From Glaucostegus cemiculus (taxonomy: Eukaryota): 64,000 nt of DNA. Location: NCBI GenBank assembly GCA_976551045.1, contig CDPCPM010000078.1, positions 6,634,001 to 6,698,000 of the forward strand, given 5' to 3'. Below are positions 37,091 to 49,420 of this stretch, in pieces (within the stretch, counting starts at the first letter, position 1; each line of letters opens with the position of its first letter). A program made the translations under genes and the position numbers. The notes under the pieces were generated by a model. That model made no database searches, was not told the origin of the DNA, and saw only the letters and a program-made list of their open reading frames with translations.

Positions 37091-37258
37091 CTGGAGCATA
37101 TCCTGATGCAGCAGTGCAGGCTTCCACATCAGGGAACTGGAATACGCTGACACAGGAGTGTACGATCTCACAGACGCACTGCCCATTTAGCAGATTACAA
37201 CCAGATACTTCAGGGCACAAGTCATGTTCTGGCACAACATCCTCAATGAATTCTATTT
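37091..37258 (-). CDS. Internal coding exon of a CRIM1-like cysteine-rich extracellular protein (resembles CRIM1 exon 2, the segment after the IGFBP-like domain)
   Basis: Minus strand: acceptor tttattttttctgcAG, 168-nt open frame (x)IEFIEDVVPEHDLCPEVSGCNLLNGQCVCEIVHSCVSVFQFPDVEACTAASGYAP, donor CAG|GTAAAA; phase 1-1. The six-Cys pattern aligns with CRIM1 as recalled (PCNENLIAGCNIINGKCECNTIRTCSNPFEFPSQDMC). Confidence 0.8.
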
Positions 37259-40200
37259 CTGCAGAAAAAATAAATTTAATTTAAGATAAAGACATTAAAG
37301 CATCAGTCAACCTTTTGATGCAGAAATCAGAGAATTCAACATCATGCTTCACATCTTCCACTATCAATTGAAGGACAGATACCCTGAAACTTAATAATGC
37401 CTGCATCACCAAATGTCCCGAATACTCCCTTCAGCATGTTTATTATGCCTCCAAGATTCATTCCTTTGATTGCAAACCAATGAATGAATTTCAGAGGCAG
37501 GGACAACACCCTGATGTGACTACAACTGAAGAATGAATTGCAGTCCAAAAATTTTCTTAATTTGCATTGTCAAGTATGCATTCCATTTCATTTGTTTTTT
37601 TGAAAAGTAATTTCAATTTGTGTCCTTTTCAACATTCTTGTACAATGATATTGTGCTGGATTCCAAATGTTAAATCAGCAGCCAAATTGTGCATAGGGAT
37701 GGCTTCCTGCAAAGGCCTCAATTTGAATTCAAGTCTATGTATGCAGTCCAGATGCTTATTAAACTAGTACCATGGATAGCAATTGCTGAGCAGCAATCAA
37801 CTCTTGCTTTGCCTGTTAACTTTATTTGTCAATTCATTAAGTTACTCTTTCTCAAAAACTAAAAAAAAAATTGAATGGAATGTTTAATGCTGCAGTTCTA
37901 AAACAAAACCAGATTAATTCTTTCTGAAATGAAATCAAAAATATTTAATAGGACAATAGAGGTCGAGTTACTGTTTAAAAACATGCTCTTATTTCAAGAA
38001 AGGCTGCAACAAAATAATGGTTTATAATTTCCCCAGTGTCCTTAGATCTTTTCACTTATGGGTATAAGTAAGAAACATGTGTATTGGCACAAGGGATAAT
38101 GGGTCAAACATGCTGACCGTCAGTTGGCGTTCAGCATGAAATTGAAGGCCTCAAGCTCAACTCATCTCAGGCATCCATGCTCACTCAGTAAGACATGGAT
38201 AACCTCAGGGAGCTGGAGGTCAGACTCAGGCTCTCTGACTGCTCAAATCCAGCATTCCAGCTTTATCCCATCGATGGCTAATCTACAATTAGCAATTTTG
38301 TTCATTTGAACGGCATCCTTAACCCTGTGGAGAAAGGCAAGTGTTTGAGTTTCAATTAAAATGTAGATGTTTTTAGTTATTTGCATGTACTGTACTTTAC
38401 TGATTTTAATTACATTTAAACATCTCTAACCGTCAAAGCCTTCTAAAAGCTATTCAAAAGGTCTTTCACACTGGGAAGCAATCAAAAGGTCTTCAGGCAT
38501 TCAAGAGAAGGAGCCTCAGCCGTATGCCACCTGTTAGTCACCAACTAGAGCATTGCATGGTGCCGCTGGTATGGAGGGTCGGCTTGATTCAAACCTCCAC
38601 AGCTAGAAAAGCAAGTCTGAAATGGCTAATGCTACAGTGGAACAACCTGGGCACCAGTTGGGTCCAGCACAAAATGCCCCATAGTTTGGTCAGTTTGTGT
38701 TTGATATCTACCTTGTTAAATCCCACATCATCCACGCATTTGAGACCGATCACGTAATTGCACTGATGAAGCAATGTGCTACCAGAACGGTGAGCTAAAC
38801 TATCATGGCATCAAACAAGAACGATGAGATTGGCATTCCTGCAGGAAGTATCGTCTTCTCAAATCAATGTGCAGAAATCATTCACATGAACACAACCGCA
38901 TCAAGGCTTTTCCTCCCCACCCTGAAGAAAGATTGCCAACATTTTTGATGAAAACAGTACTTCCTTAAAATTTTGGACTGTCAAAAAAGAGTTAATTCAT
39001 TCTTTGCCAAGAGCTTCCAGAAAGGCCTGTGTAAAGTCTCTGTCTTTCTCTGTTATAACTACTATGTGCCAGGAGGCCAGGTGTTAGGAAATTAAAAACT
39101 CTGCTTTAGGCCCATGACTGGGAGGTAGTCAGGGGAAATTATATGCTGCAGCCAAGAAATTCAAATGAAATTATTATTTTTATTATTTCCTTTTACACAC
39201 ATGATAGCAAAACCTCCAACAGGACTACAAAAGGACTGCTTCAGCATCTAGGTATATTAACACTTCATATTCATGTCTAATTATTAAAGGATTTAGGAAG
39301 TCAGCAAAAGGATAAAAACATGCTAGCCTTCACGTGTTCTAAACCCCAGGCTGCCCTGCAGATGTCATGCCGAAGTGGGAACCAAAATATTAATACATTT
39401 ATTTTGTAATAATACCAATGGAACACAAATGGGTGCAAAAATATAATGAATGATTGCCTGATTTAAATCTGGACTGTGCAGTGGTTAATAAGACTGCAAA
39501 CTATTCCATTCTTACCGATGTATATTGGTTTATCATCTCTCACTTTCTATGCAATTAGCTCCTCAAGCGCTTAAGAAATAGGTTGCTTCTCACTGGTCTT
39601 TACCTAACCAAATAGCAGAGAAGATGCCTATTCAACTCTGGATATGCAATATTCCCAGTTGGTGCATGGAAGGAGACAGATACCCACTTTTCCTTCTGGC
39701 CAATCTGTTCAGGCGCACTGTTGGATGAACCGGTTTCTTGAATGAGCTGTTAAACTGGGAGGAAATAAAGGGTGCACCTGCAGGACAGAGAAGATTGCAG
39801 TAACATTCCCAGCTGTTGAGACAGAAGCCTATTGACTGCAAAACTTCAAATGATCAAGGAAACCAGTTAAAAGATTCTGTTGTCTGCCAGTGAAATTTTC
39901 AGATTATCACTGGGATCCAACGTTCAGCAAAAACATGGGGCAAGCCTTAGCTGGGAGCTCCTCTCCTAGAGAGGCCAGTGAGTGTTGCCAGAAAAAAAAC
40001 AGCTGTGGAAATGCATCCCACCACTTTGTTACATTAACTGCACTTTCCCTGCACCCGCTACAAGTATGAACCTATTCGCTTCCTGTGGTGAAACCACAGG
40101 AAGTATCAGTGGGATGCAATGAGAGAAGACACACTATGAAACAAATTTACTACTTTTTCACTACTGCCCGAACTTATGGAGCTCTGATTACAGAGCCGCA

Positions 40201-43200
40201 AGGCAGGAATTTACTTGTTGAACCTCGGTCACTTGATTCGGTGATGGCAGAAGCCAAGTTTGTGGAGTTGCAAGTGGCACCTAGTGTCCTCTACAGTTAC
40301 ATCAGTACACACGGCCATTGTCTTAAAGTGAAACCAGCTGCCACTGAAACAATCCTGCAATACAAATGAGGCACTTTCTAAAGGAGTGGGGCTGCAAGCC
40401 AGTGCTAAGGAACTGTTTCAGGAAGGGCACATTGCCTTTATTTGTTTTGTACTTCATCAGCTTGAGAATAGGCATTCTGAGCAGGAAAATCTCTTCACGA
40501 AATTCTGCCTTACTTTGTAAACGGGGGTAGGGGAGGACAGACAGTGCATAACCTGAGTAATACTTTTCCATCCCAAAAACTACCAGTCTGAGTGCAAAAC
40601 AAGTGATGTCTACCATTGCTGGGATATCCAGAACCCAGGGTCATAACCTCAGAATAAAAGGTCCGGCCATTCATGACAGAGATGAGAATAAATGTCTCAA
40701 CTAGAAGGTAATGAACCTTTGAGACATTAAGTAAAACAAGGTACAACGTGTTAGGGTCAGAAAAAGGTGCTGAAGGAAAGGATCAGCCATGACCTTGCTG
40801 AATGGCAGAGAAAGGGAGAAGGGCTAAATGACAAGCTCCTGCTTCTGTTTTTTGTGTTATGCTGTGCTTCTGGCTGCTGGGAACTGCGTGGTTCAAGCAT
40901 GATTTGAACTTTCCCATCTTCCCTCCTCACTGAGCAACCCAGCAGAAGAGGAGGGTGCAAACTTGTATTCTTGATCTTCGTAAATTCACACTTACTTCCA
41001 CATCCTGTCACAGCAGACTACATGGTTTGGAAAATGAAGGGGCAAAGCAAGTGCAGTCCTTGGGTGAAGATTTTACTCCACTTCAAACATGTTATTACAA
41101 ATTATCCTTTAGGTCTGCAATATTTCAAAATTATTTTAATTTCACCATTGAAGATTATACCTCATAAATAATTATAATTTATGAGCTACATATCTGTTAT
41201 ATTGTTGCATCAGAGAAAATAATTTTAATCTTCTATTTACATCATATGGGTTTAAACAGTCAATCATCACAATTTCATGGTTTTATGTTGGGATTTTCTT
41301 ACAGCCCAATGAAAGCAGACTCTTGCTGAGCAATTTCAAAGCTCAGTTTCTTGCATTATAACAACCAGCTTTTGCCTGTATTGCATGTGTGTCTGATTCT
41401 CTTATTTTGTGGTGGAGGTGATGGTTGTGGGCAGTAGTTGGCAGAGGTGAGTGTGAAAAGCAGCTTACTAAAACAAAGGCTTTCTCTGGCAGGACTCTGA
41501 ACACCAAAAGATATGAGAATGCTGCCAACAATTCATAATTGTTTTTTTGCTTCAAAAATGCCTCCCTCGTATTGATGTCATGATTTTTACTGTGCTGGAG
41601 ATGCTGCATTTTATTTTACTTGCACGGCCGGATGGAATTATTTAAAAATAATAATCCTTAATCACCATGGAAAGGTCCACACAAGTTTTTTGTGAAAGTG
41701 GAAATTGTATGGTCGGCTTGGCAGGCTGCCTTTTCTAGCCATTCATGCCGAGTAAACAAATGGTGGCCAGTGCTGCTGACTGTGGTTCTATACACACCTG
41801 CCAACAGAAGAGCAAGTAAACCCTGATGCTACTCTTCTAGGCACCCATTTATATCGCTGAAATAAATGGAGATGCCAGTCATGGAGGAGTTGTGATGCAA
41901 TGGGGGCTTTATTTGGCTGCTAGCACCGAAGGCTTGATAGAAGAATACTTTGTGTCTGCAAGATGTGCTGTATATAGCAACAACAGGAAGGGGTCCAGAA
42001 TACATAAAATAACAGCCCCTGAGTTGCTTTGAGAAGAGTGCTCAGTTTGGCTGAAGAGAGCTGAACTTTTGTAAACTCCTGGCTTTAGATCTGTGTCTGC
42101 ACAGTACGCTATTCAAAATTACTCACACAGATATACAAATAGCCTTTTTAGGCTATTTAAGCAAGGCTGGAGATAAAATGGCTCAACGGCTGCCAATGTG
42201 TGGGTGGAGTGTAGGGAAAGTAAACAGAAGAGAGTCACTTGTGGCACTTTTTACATTGAAAGGCACAAATATTTTCATTGGCACAAGGCTAAAAAATTTA
42301 CTTCAGAATTCAACAACAGCAAAACTGCTGCTTTGAGCATTGCAGCAATATTAAGAGAACTGCTTGGTTTTCCACAAATGAGACAGAGCAACCCAACTAT
42401 TGTAGGCAGCTTACTATTTTCTAAAGTAGACGTTCTCTGCAGCCCAAAAGGTCAATCATGCAACAAAGCCTCTTTATATTTTGTCAGCTTTATAAGTGAA
42501 ACAATTTCCATAGCTTTAAAGATGGTTTCACCAGGAATAATTTTATCTGTGAGAGACAAGAGCTTCATTCTGCTGAGAGGTACGGTTCAAATGACACCTT
42601 CAACAAAAGAAGTAACAAACTTCAGTGTCACTGGCAGCACATTCTATTGCTTAGCAACCCCAACGAATATCATCGCAGTGACTAAAGGCTCAAAAATAGT
42701 TCATTTTGCTTTAAAGAAAAGCTGCTGCTGTGGGAATGGTATTTTGCGAAAATAATCCATTGATCAGCTAGGTGTCAGAATTGTACATTTATTTAACAAA
42801 ATATTTATTTGCTGCAGAAGTCCTTCAATTCTAAAAGGGACATATTTCAGGAGTTGCCCATGAATAGCCCTAAAAGGCATACACAAAATATTCTAGAGGA
42901 TAAATGCTTAGAAATTCATTTCTATGAGAATAGCATGACTTGTCATGAAAACATTGACTTGAACTTCCTATAATACACTTCCAATATTTTTAGGAATACA
43001 GTATATTTTTAAATTTAAAAAAAAGATTGCTCCTGTTTTCGATGCAGTAAAGCATTGGTGAATTAGCACAAGCACCAAACTGAGTATCCCTCAATAGGAA
43101 ATTGCAAAATTGGTTCAAAGAAAGTTTGCAACAGCAAGTTGTTTTACGTGCAGGGAAAAGAAAGCACTAAGTTGTGAACCTGCCCCAGTTTCCATCAGGA

Positions 43201-43856
43201 CCACTGTAATTTAATACAGCTACCCATGCTTTTCTGTACAGCAATCAGACAAGGGTATCAACCCACAAAAGGCACACATCCCAAGCCAGGCTGACAGCTG
43301 CAACATGCATCAAGGCAGATGTTCCACTGACTAAAAGCTCACTGCCAGTCTCCCTCTTTGCTATGATGTTTGTTCCAGCACACCTCTCGTCACAATCTTC
43401 CATGGAACCCCTGCTCTGAGCACTCTGATGCAGCCAGAAGAGTCAGCCAGTTGCAGTCACAGAACCACTTTGAAATTCTGAGTTTTCATACCCCAGACAG
43501 CAGGGATATCAAAGCTGTCAGTGTGATCTTGTGAGCATCTCATTCACTTTCAGTAGCATTTAAGGGCTTGTTTAAAAAAAACTGTTGATTTTTTTTTTAA
43601 GGAGTGGTTACATTTATGATGGTAAAAAGGACACCAGCACACAAAATCAAAATTTAATCACTAAAAGTAATATAAACATAACTGGTCACCTTTCCCTTGG
43701 GTGTCAATATCTCTCACACATTTGAATGGGACTGTGTCAGATTTAAACCCAGCACAGAATAAGTGAATATATTTCGTAGCCAGTTAGCTAGAAAATCTAA
43801 GAACATTGTGCTGTCTTGTTAGACTCCACAAAAAGCCCAGCAAATCAGTGAGGAGA

Positions 43857-43899
43857 GTGGTGGTGGTGGTGGTGGTGGTGGTGGTGGGGGGGGGGGGGG
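43857..43899 (+). repeat. (GGT)n microsatellite running into a poly-G tract
   Basis: Directly visible: gtggtggtgg...gggggggggggggg. Confidence 0.95.
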
Positions 43900-44009
43900 T
43901 TAGTTCAGATGATATCACTGCCAATTTTGATCAATGGTGAGACAGAAACAGGAATTTCCATGCCAATAGGTCCCAGTCTTGGTGCTGATTCCAGGTGGCA
44001 GATATGTCC

Positions 44010-44435
44010 CTCTATTGCTGCCTCAGAGGGAGTGGTTCTGAGATTTTCTCAAGGGTTGGTGAATGAGATTTGTCTTGAGCTCCAGGAGATTCACCAGGTC
44101 TGCCAGGACAGCAAGAGATTGCTCGAGATGTGCCCTTGTCTCCTCCAGGAGAGGAACCGAGAAAGACGGGGTCGCAGAGCGAGGGAGAGCGGGAGTGATG
44201 GAGAGCACAACTCCAGGGTGGGGGGGGGGGGGGGAAAGAGAGAAAATGAGAAAGATCACTTTTGATGCAGAAAGAGGGAGAAGACGGGATGGCAAAACAG
44301 AGGGTGAGAGAGTGAAACAGAGAGTGAGAGTGACAGAGATGACAGTGCCTAACCAGTCCAGAGGTAATGATCCTCCTTGCCATGGGCAGAAGGGTCACCA
44401 AGGTGTAAACTACCTCTCAAGCAGAATCTGCCAGG
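44010..44435 (+). mobile_element. PIF/Harbinger (HARBI1-like) transposase N-terminal relic
   Basis: SEGVVLRFSQGLVNEICLELQE, then after a GA-rich insert NQSRGNDP..RVTK..VNYLSSRICQ; resembles recalled HARBI1-like SE.QC.RRLRFS..V.EIC.LLQ..L ... LPVAVKVT.ALNF.ASGSFQ. Confidence 0.5.
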
Positions 44436-44544
44436 TATGGTCATTAACAGTGTTTCATTGTGCTTATTAAATATTTTCCATTGAATTGATCCACAGCAGA
44501 TATCACCAATACCATATATGCTGCTGTATCACCACCAAGGTGTT

Positions 44545-44645
44545 CTGGAGACACCAGAGACTGTAGATGCTGGAATCTGGGCAACAAAATGCTGGAGGAA
44601 CTTAGTGGGTCATGCAGCATCTGTGAAGGGAAGTGGACAGTTCAA
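44545..44645. mobile_element. Penelope-derived terminal fragment
   Basis: gagactgtagatgctggaatctgg..aatgctggaggaacttagtgggtcatgcagcatctgtg; the same arm as in 53308-53469. Confidence 0.65.
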
Positions 44646-45470
44646 GTGTAACCTTATTCTGTTTGGTCTATTTTAGGAATGAAAAGAGGGCCCCTGTTTC
44701 CCACTCCACAAACCAGAATGACAAAGCAGTAGCAGATTGAGTTACAGCAGATGAAGGAATGGGGAAGAGAAAAGTGGAGGGAGAGAAGGAGGAGGTGATG
44801 ATGACCACAGTGCACCATTGCACCTGATACCCCCCAGCACCACCTCAGAGACTGGCACCACAAGGGACGAGTAAAAGACATCTAGGAGGGGCACGTCATA
44901 GAGAGAAAAACTCATCATTAGCAGGATACAATAAGACAGAATTTTATGCAGGGGCTAGGTCCACGCATCTGTACAGTCCCAAAAGACTCAAAATGAAAAC
45001 TACACTTGGGTGTTTTCATGACAAGGCTGGTGTGGATGTACAACATGTTGCATGCCGTCAGGCTCGCCTGACTGAACGTGGGAGATAAGAGGCAGCATTG
45101 ATAAACCCATGCTCTTGCAGTATGTTGATCAGATGCAGGAGATGATCTGCACTCTGGAGGCGATTCACACTTCTTCGCAAGCAATCAGCAATAATCCTAC
45201 CTCATGTCAGCTCAGGTGACAGCTACTATGCAGGTACAGAGTCAATACAACAAGCTTTCACACCCTGACCCAGCGACAGATCTGGTCTCTATAACACAGA
45301 AGCTCTGAATGGATAGTGATATGATACCATGGAACAGCACGGTATCCTCTGAGCAGCAAAGACAGCAATCACAAGCTAAAGCAAGGTTACTCTGCACACT
45401 TAACACTGGAAAAATGCCAGGTGTGCTAATGGGGATCAGAACTAGGCTGTGCTTAGTTCAATTTCACATT

Positions 45471-46149
45471 TGATTCAAGATTCGAGATTGCTTTATTGAG
45501 CCATTGAGACAACAGAACGAGATTTCATTGGCACTCCCATGTCAGACAATAGGCACAGTACTTAAATATTAAATAAATAGAGAATAAATTAAGTTAGAGT
45601 TTACACTGTAGGGTTTACTTGATGTATTAGAGGGAGGGAGAGAAGAAGCGAGAAAGAGCTAGTGCAATCTGTGAAATTTAAAGTCCTTGTTTAAGATTTT
45701 CATGGCGTTGGGGAAGAAGCTATTCCTCAATCTGGCTGTGGATGTGTGGAATGTCCTGAAGAGTTTCTTTGAGAGGAGCAGACTGAAGAGGTGATGGGCC
45801 GGGTGGGAAGAGTCCTTAATGATGTTTGTAGCCTTGTTCAGACGCCGGGACTCATAAATGTCCACCAGTGCGGGTAGGCGCACCCGTGATCTTCCGTGCC
45901 GTGTCAATCACCCGCTGTAGGCCTTTCCTCTCTTTGTTGGTACAGCTGGCATACCAGGCAGTGATGCCGTATGTCAGGATGCTCTCTATCGCACACCTAT
46001 AGAAATTGACCAGGATACCTGTTGACAAGTTTGCACTCTTCAGCTGCCGTAGGAAGTACAGACGCTGTTGCGCCTTCCTGATGCTTACTGTAGAGTGAGT
46101 TCCCCAGGAGAGGTCTTCGGTGATGTGAGTCCCCAGGAATTTGAAGCTT
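45471..46149 (-). mobile_element. 5'-truncated Rex1/Babar-type LINE
   Basis: Minus strand SFKFLGTHITEDLSW..RKAQQRLYFLRQLK..FYRCAIESILTYGITAWY..IIKDSSHPAHHLFSLL..RLRNSFFP; tail aataaagcaatctcgaatcttgaatc. Confidence 0.93.
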
Positions 46150-48689
46150 TTTGGTGTGATTTAATCCAAAATATGTGATTAGTTATGGGTAATAATTGAT
46201 TTTTTATTGATGTAGGCAATTTGATTAAGGCAATAGTCTCAAAACATTAAATTGTACCAATAAATATTCTAAAGTGATAAAAAACATATTGAAAAGAATG
46301 CTGGAATGGAAATTTATATTAAAACTCATTAAAGAAAAATGAAGAATTAACTAAGTTGACAAGGTCAACAGTACAAGTGAGTGGCCTGATGGTAACTTGA
46401 GCAAAGGGGATCAATGGAAACTTTGACCAATGATGCAGAAGGGGCAAAATAGCTCTCCAAAGAACCCGAGGCCAGTACTAATTTATCTCAAAGTGTGACA
46501 TCTGGAATGGGTACCTAGCAGGTGGTTAACATTGGCAATGAACTGTGCCTGCAGAAAATGGTTCCAGATTGATTGATGGTTCAAAGTATAACCCAGGGCT
46601 CTACTAACCATAGTATTCATCATTCTTCCAGTAAGCAACCTTCCTCCTCCCCAGCTTTTAATCATTTTATAACAACCTTTGTTCCAGCACTGTGTTTACA
46701 CAGAATCTCTGTTCTGTAAAATTCAATAAAATGACATGAGAGCTTTATTATTGCAGAAATCTGCTACATCAGAAAACATGGAAAAATAAATTATGTTTGC
46801 AAGCAGGACACTTACAGGCGATAAAGCTAGAACCATTTTTGCTTATAGTGAAATAGTCTGATTTGGTAAATGGCCTCTCTAATGCTTCAATATGACTATA
46901 TTTTCACTGGTATGGTCCCAACTGAAACTCTTACCCAATGAGGTTTGCTGCTTTCCTCCAAAGTGTACACGTTTCAACAAAATAAAGACATGTAACAGAG
47001 CTCCAAAAGCTCGATTGTTAGGATCAGAGATCAAGTTGAATGAAAAAATATTGCAGAAGATTAAGCATTCTCAAAAAAACATAATTTCATTCAACCTAAC
47101 ATAATTGAAGAAAAATAAGAGGTTTTCTTTTGGTGTGAGAAGGCAAGCATAAATGCAGATGTACAGCTACTCAGATAATCATTCACATATTATTACGAAA
47201 GTGTATTTGTAATTTGGATGCATGACTGTAACCAGTAGTGCAGAGTAAAACAAGTAATTTTTATTATCCTCCATTTCTTTGTGACTTCAAATTGCATGGA
47301 GGTTACACTCAGATCATATATCCCTCCAGAACTCTTCTTCCTTACATTGCCTCACAACTTCCCATATTTATACCAAATAAAACTGGATGTTTACTGTTGG
47401 TTCAGCGTTTTCTTTTCAGCAAAGATGAGTAATAGGGAATTCTCTTCAGCAAACAGCAAATCAATTGTTAATTCTGAATTGATATTAATGGAATTTTTTG
47501 ATGCAACTGTAAGAAATACAGATCATCAGCTTTCTTAGCAATGGCTCCAGGAGAGCTTTTTTTTATCTAATAAGGTAATTTCCTGAATAACCAAGAAATG
47601 GTACTCCACACAACTATTTATTTTCTATTTGTTCTAAGCATTTGAATCAGATTCAAATGGGGAATCACTTGATTAGCAACTGAAGCAGAGGTGTTGGCAC
47701 TACAAATACAAAGAGTAGAGTTTCAAGGATTCAAATTGAAATTATTATTCTTAATATCATTTACCAAGTTTGCCCTACCCAAATGTTATTTTAATAATTG
47801 CACAATCAGAATTGCTCAATTTAAATTAACACATCATTCCTTAAGTCAAGTCTCTGCAATGCCCAAGATACTCATGGTATTATCAATTTACCAATGAGCC
47901 AATGGAACCTTGAATGTTAACCAGAGTCAGGGGTTAGGTCAAATTCATTTACATTAATGAAAAGTTTCTTAACATTCTAAAGTTAACAAATATCCTTTAA
48001 CTTTATCCTAAAAGGCCAACAGAATGAGGTTAAGGTAAAAGGGCCAATCTCATGTTTTCAAACATTAGTAATACAACACATCAGTACTGTTATCAATAAG
48101 TGGCAAAGTCTGACAAATCTGCCAACCTTAGTCTCAAGTGTATAAGGAAAAAAAGTGACCTACTTGGGCAAAAGTCATATGTGGTAGGTACACACTGCTT
48201 GGGTAGCACATAAAAAGCAATATCTTTTGTCTTAGCTATGTTGCAACAAGTCAAAAACAAATCATTGCAAAATACTGTACTGAACTTCTAACCTAATAGA
48301 TTTAATCTTGGAATGAACTAATTATTACCTCTCTGGAGAACTATATCGTTATTTCAGAACAATAGAATTACCCCCGATGGACTTTATTCCTTCATCATTT
48401 CAAGTGAATATATTATATCCAAGAATGTTTAGTTCTCATTCCTGCTCATTGTTCCATGCAGTAACTGGGCAAAAAACACCCTCACACTCTGAAATGTATT
48501 AAATTGGTGCAGCACCTGTTTCTTGGGGGGGGGGGGGGGGGGCAGTTCTGGAAGAGAAATTTTCTAACATGCATGCTGCTTGAAGTATCATGCAAGTACA
48601 TGAATCTAATTCCAGCCTTCACCCAGTTGAGCACATGAACGATGTGCAACTTCAGAAGTCACACGTGCAGATTTTTTAAAATAAATACT

Positions 48690-49420
48690 TGATTCTCAGG
48701 ATGTTGGCATTATTGGCAAGGCTGGTATTTATTACCCATCCTTTACTGCCAGAGGTGTTGGCAAGCTACCTTCTTAAAACTGATGCACACTTTCTGGTGA
48801 AGGTGCTCTCACAATGCTGTTCTTCAGTGCTGATGAAGGAACAATAATATATTTCCAAGTCAGGACAATGAGCTCCTGTGCAGCTGCTGACCTTGTCCAT
48901 CAAGTGGCAGGTTAAAAGTTATGGGCTTGTGAAGTGCTGTTGGAGTGGTCCAGCACTACAAGAACTACAGTAGATCTTATAGATGGCATTACTGCCACAA
49001 TAATGTATAGAGTGGTGGAAAGAGTACCAATTATCCAGGAGAGGTGTTCTTAGTGGTGTTAGAGTTGCAATCATCCAGCCAAGTGAAGAGTATTCCATCA
49101 TACCCCTGCCTTGTGCCTTAAGATGTCAGGACACCTAGCCTTTGACCTGTTCTTTTAGCCACAGTGCTCTAGTTGAGTTTCTGGTCAGTGACCCCAGCAT
49201 GAAGATTGGGGGCTCTGCAATGACAATGTCATTTGTTATCATTGGTGGGTGTTTAGACCATCTCTTGTTGAACATGGTCATTACCTGACAGTGGTGTGGC
49301 AGGAAAGTTATTTACTACTTATCAGCCGAAGCTTAAATATTGCCTGCATGTAGGCAAGGACTAACTTATTTTCTGAGAACTTGTGAATGGAATCCAACAT
49401 TACAATCATCAACAAACATC
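48690..49420 (-). mobile_element. LINE 3' fragment (same family as 7530-8155)
   Basis: MMEYSSLGWMIATLTPL motif; 3' UTR ggatgttggcattattggcaaggctggtatttattacccatcc. Confidence 0.8.

Noticed and set aside
42198-42755. 185-aa plus-strand ORF, the longest not explained by a TE
   Set aside because: Non-ATG start, no recognisable domain and no convincing splice sites; one ORF of this size is plausible by chance in 64 kb.
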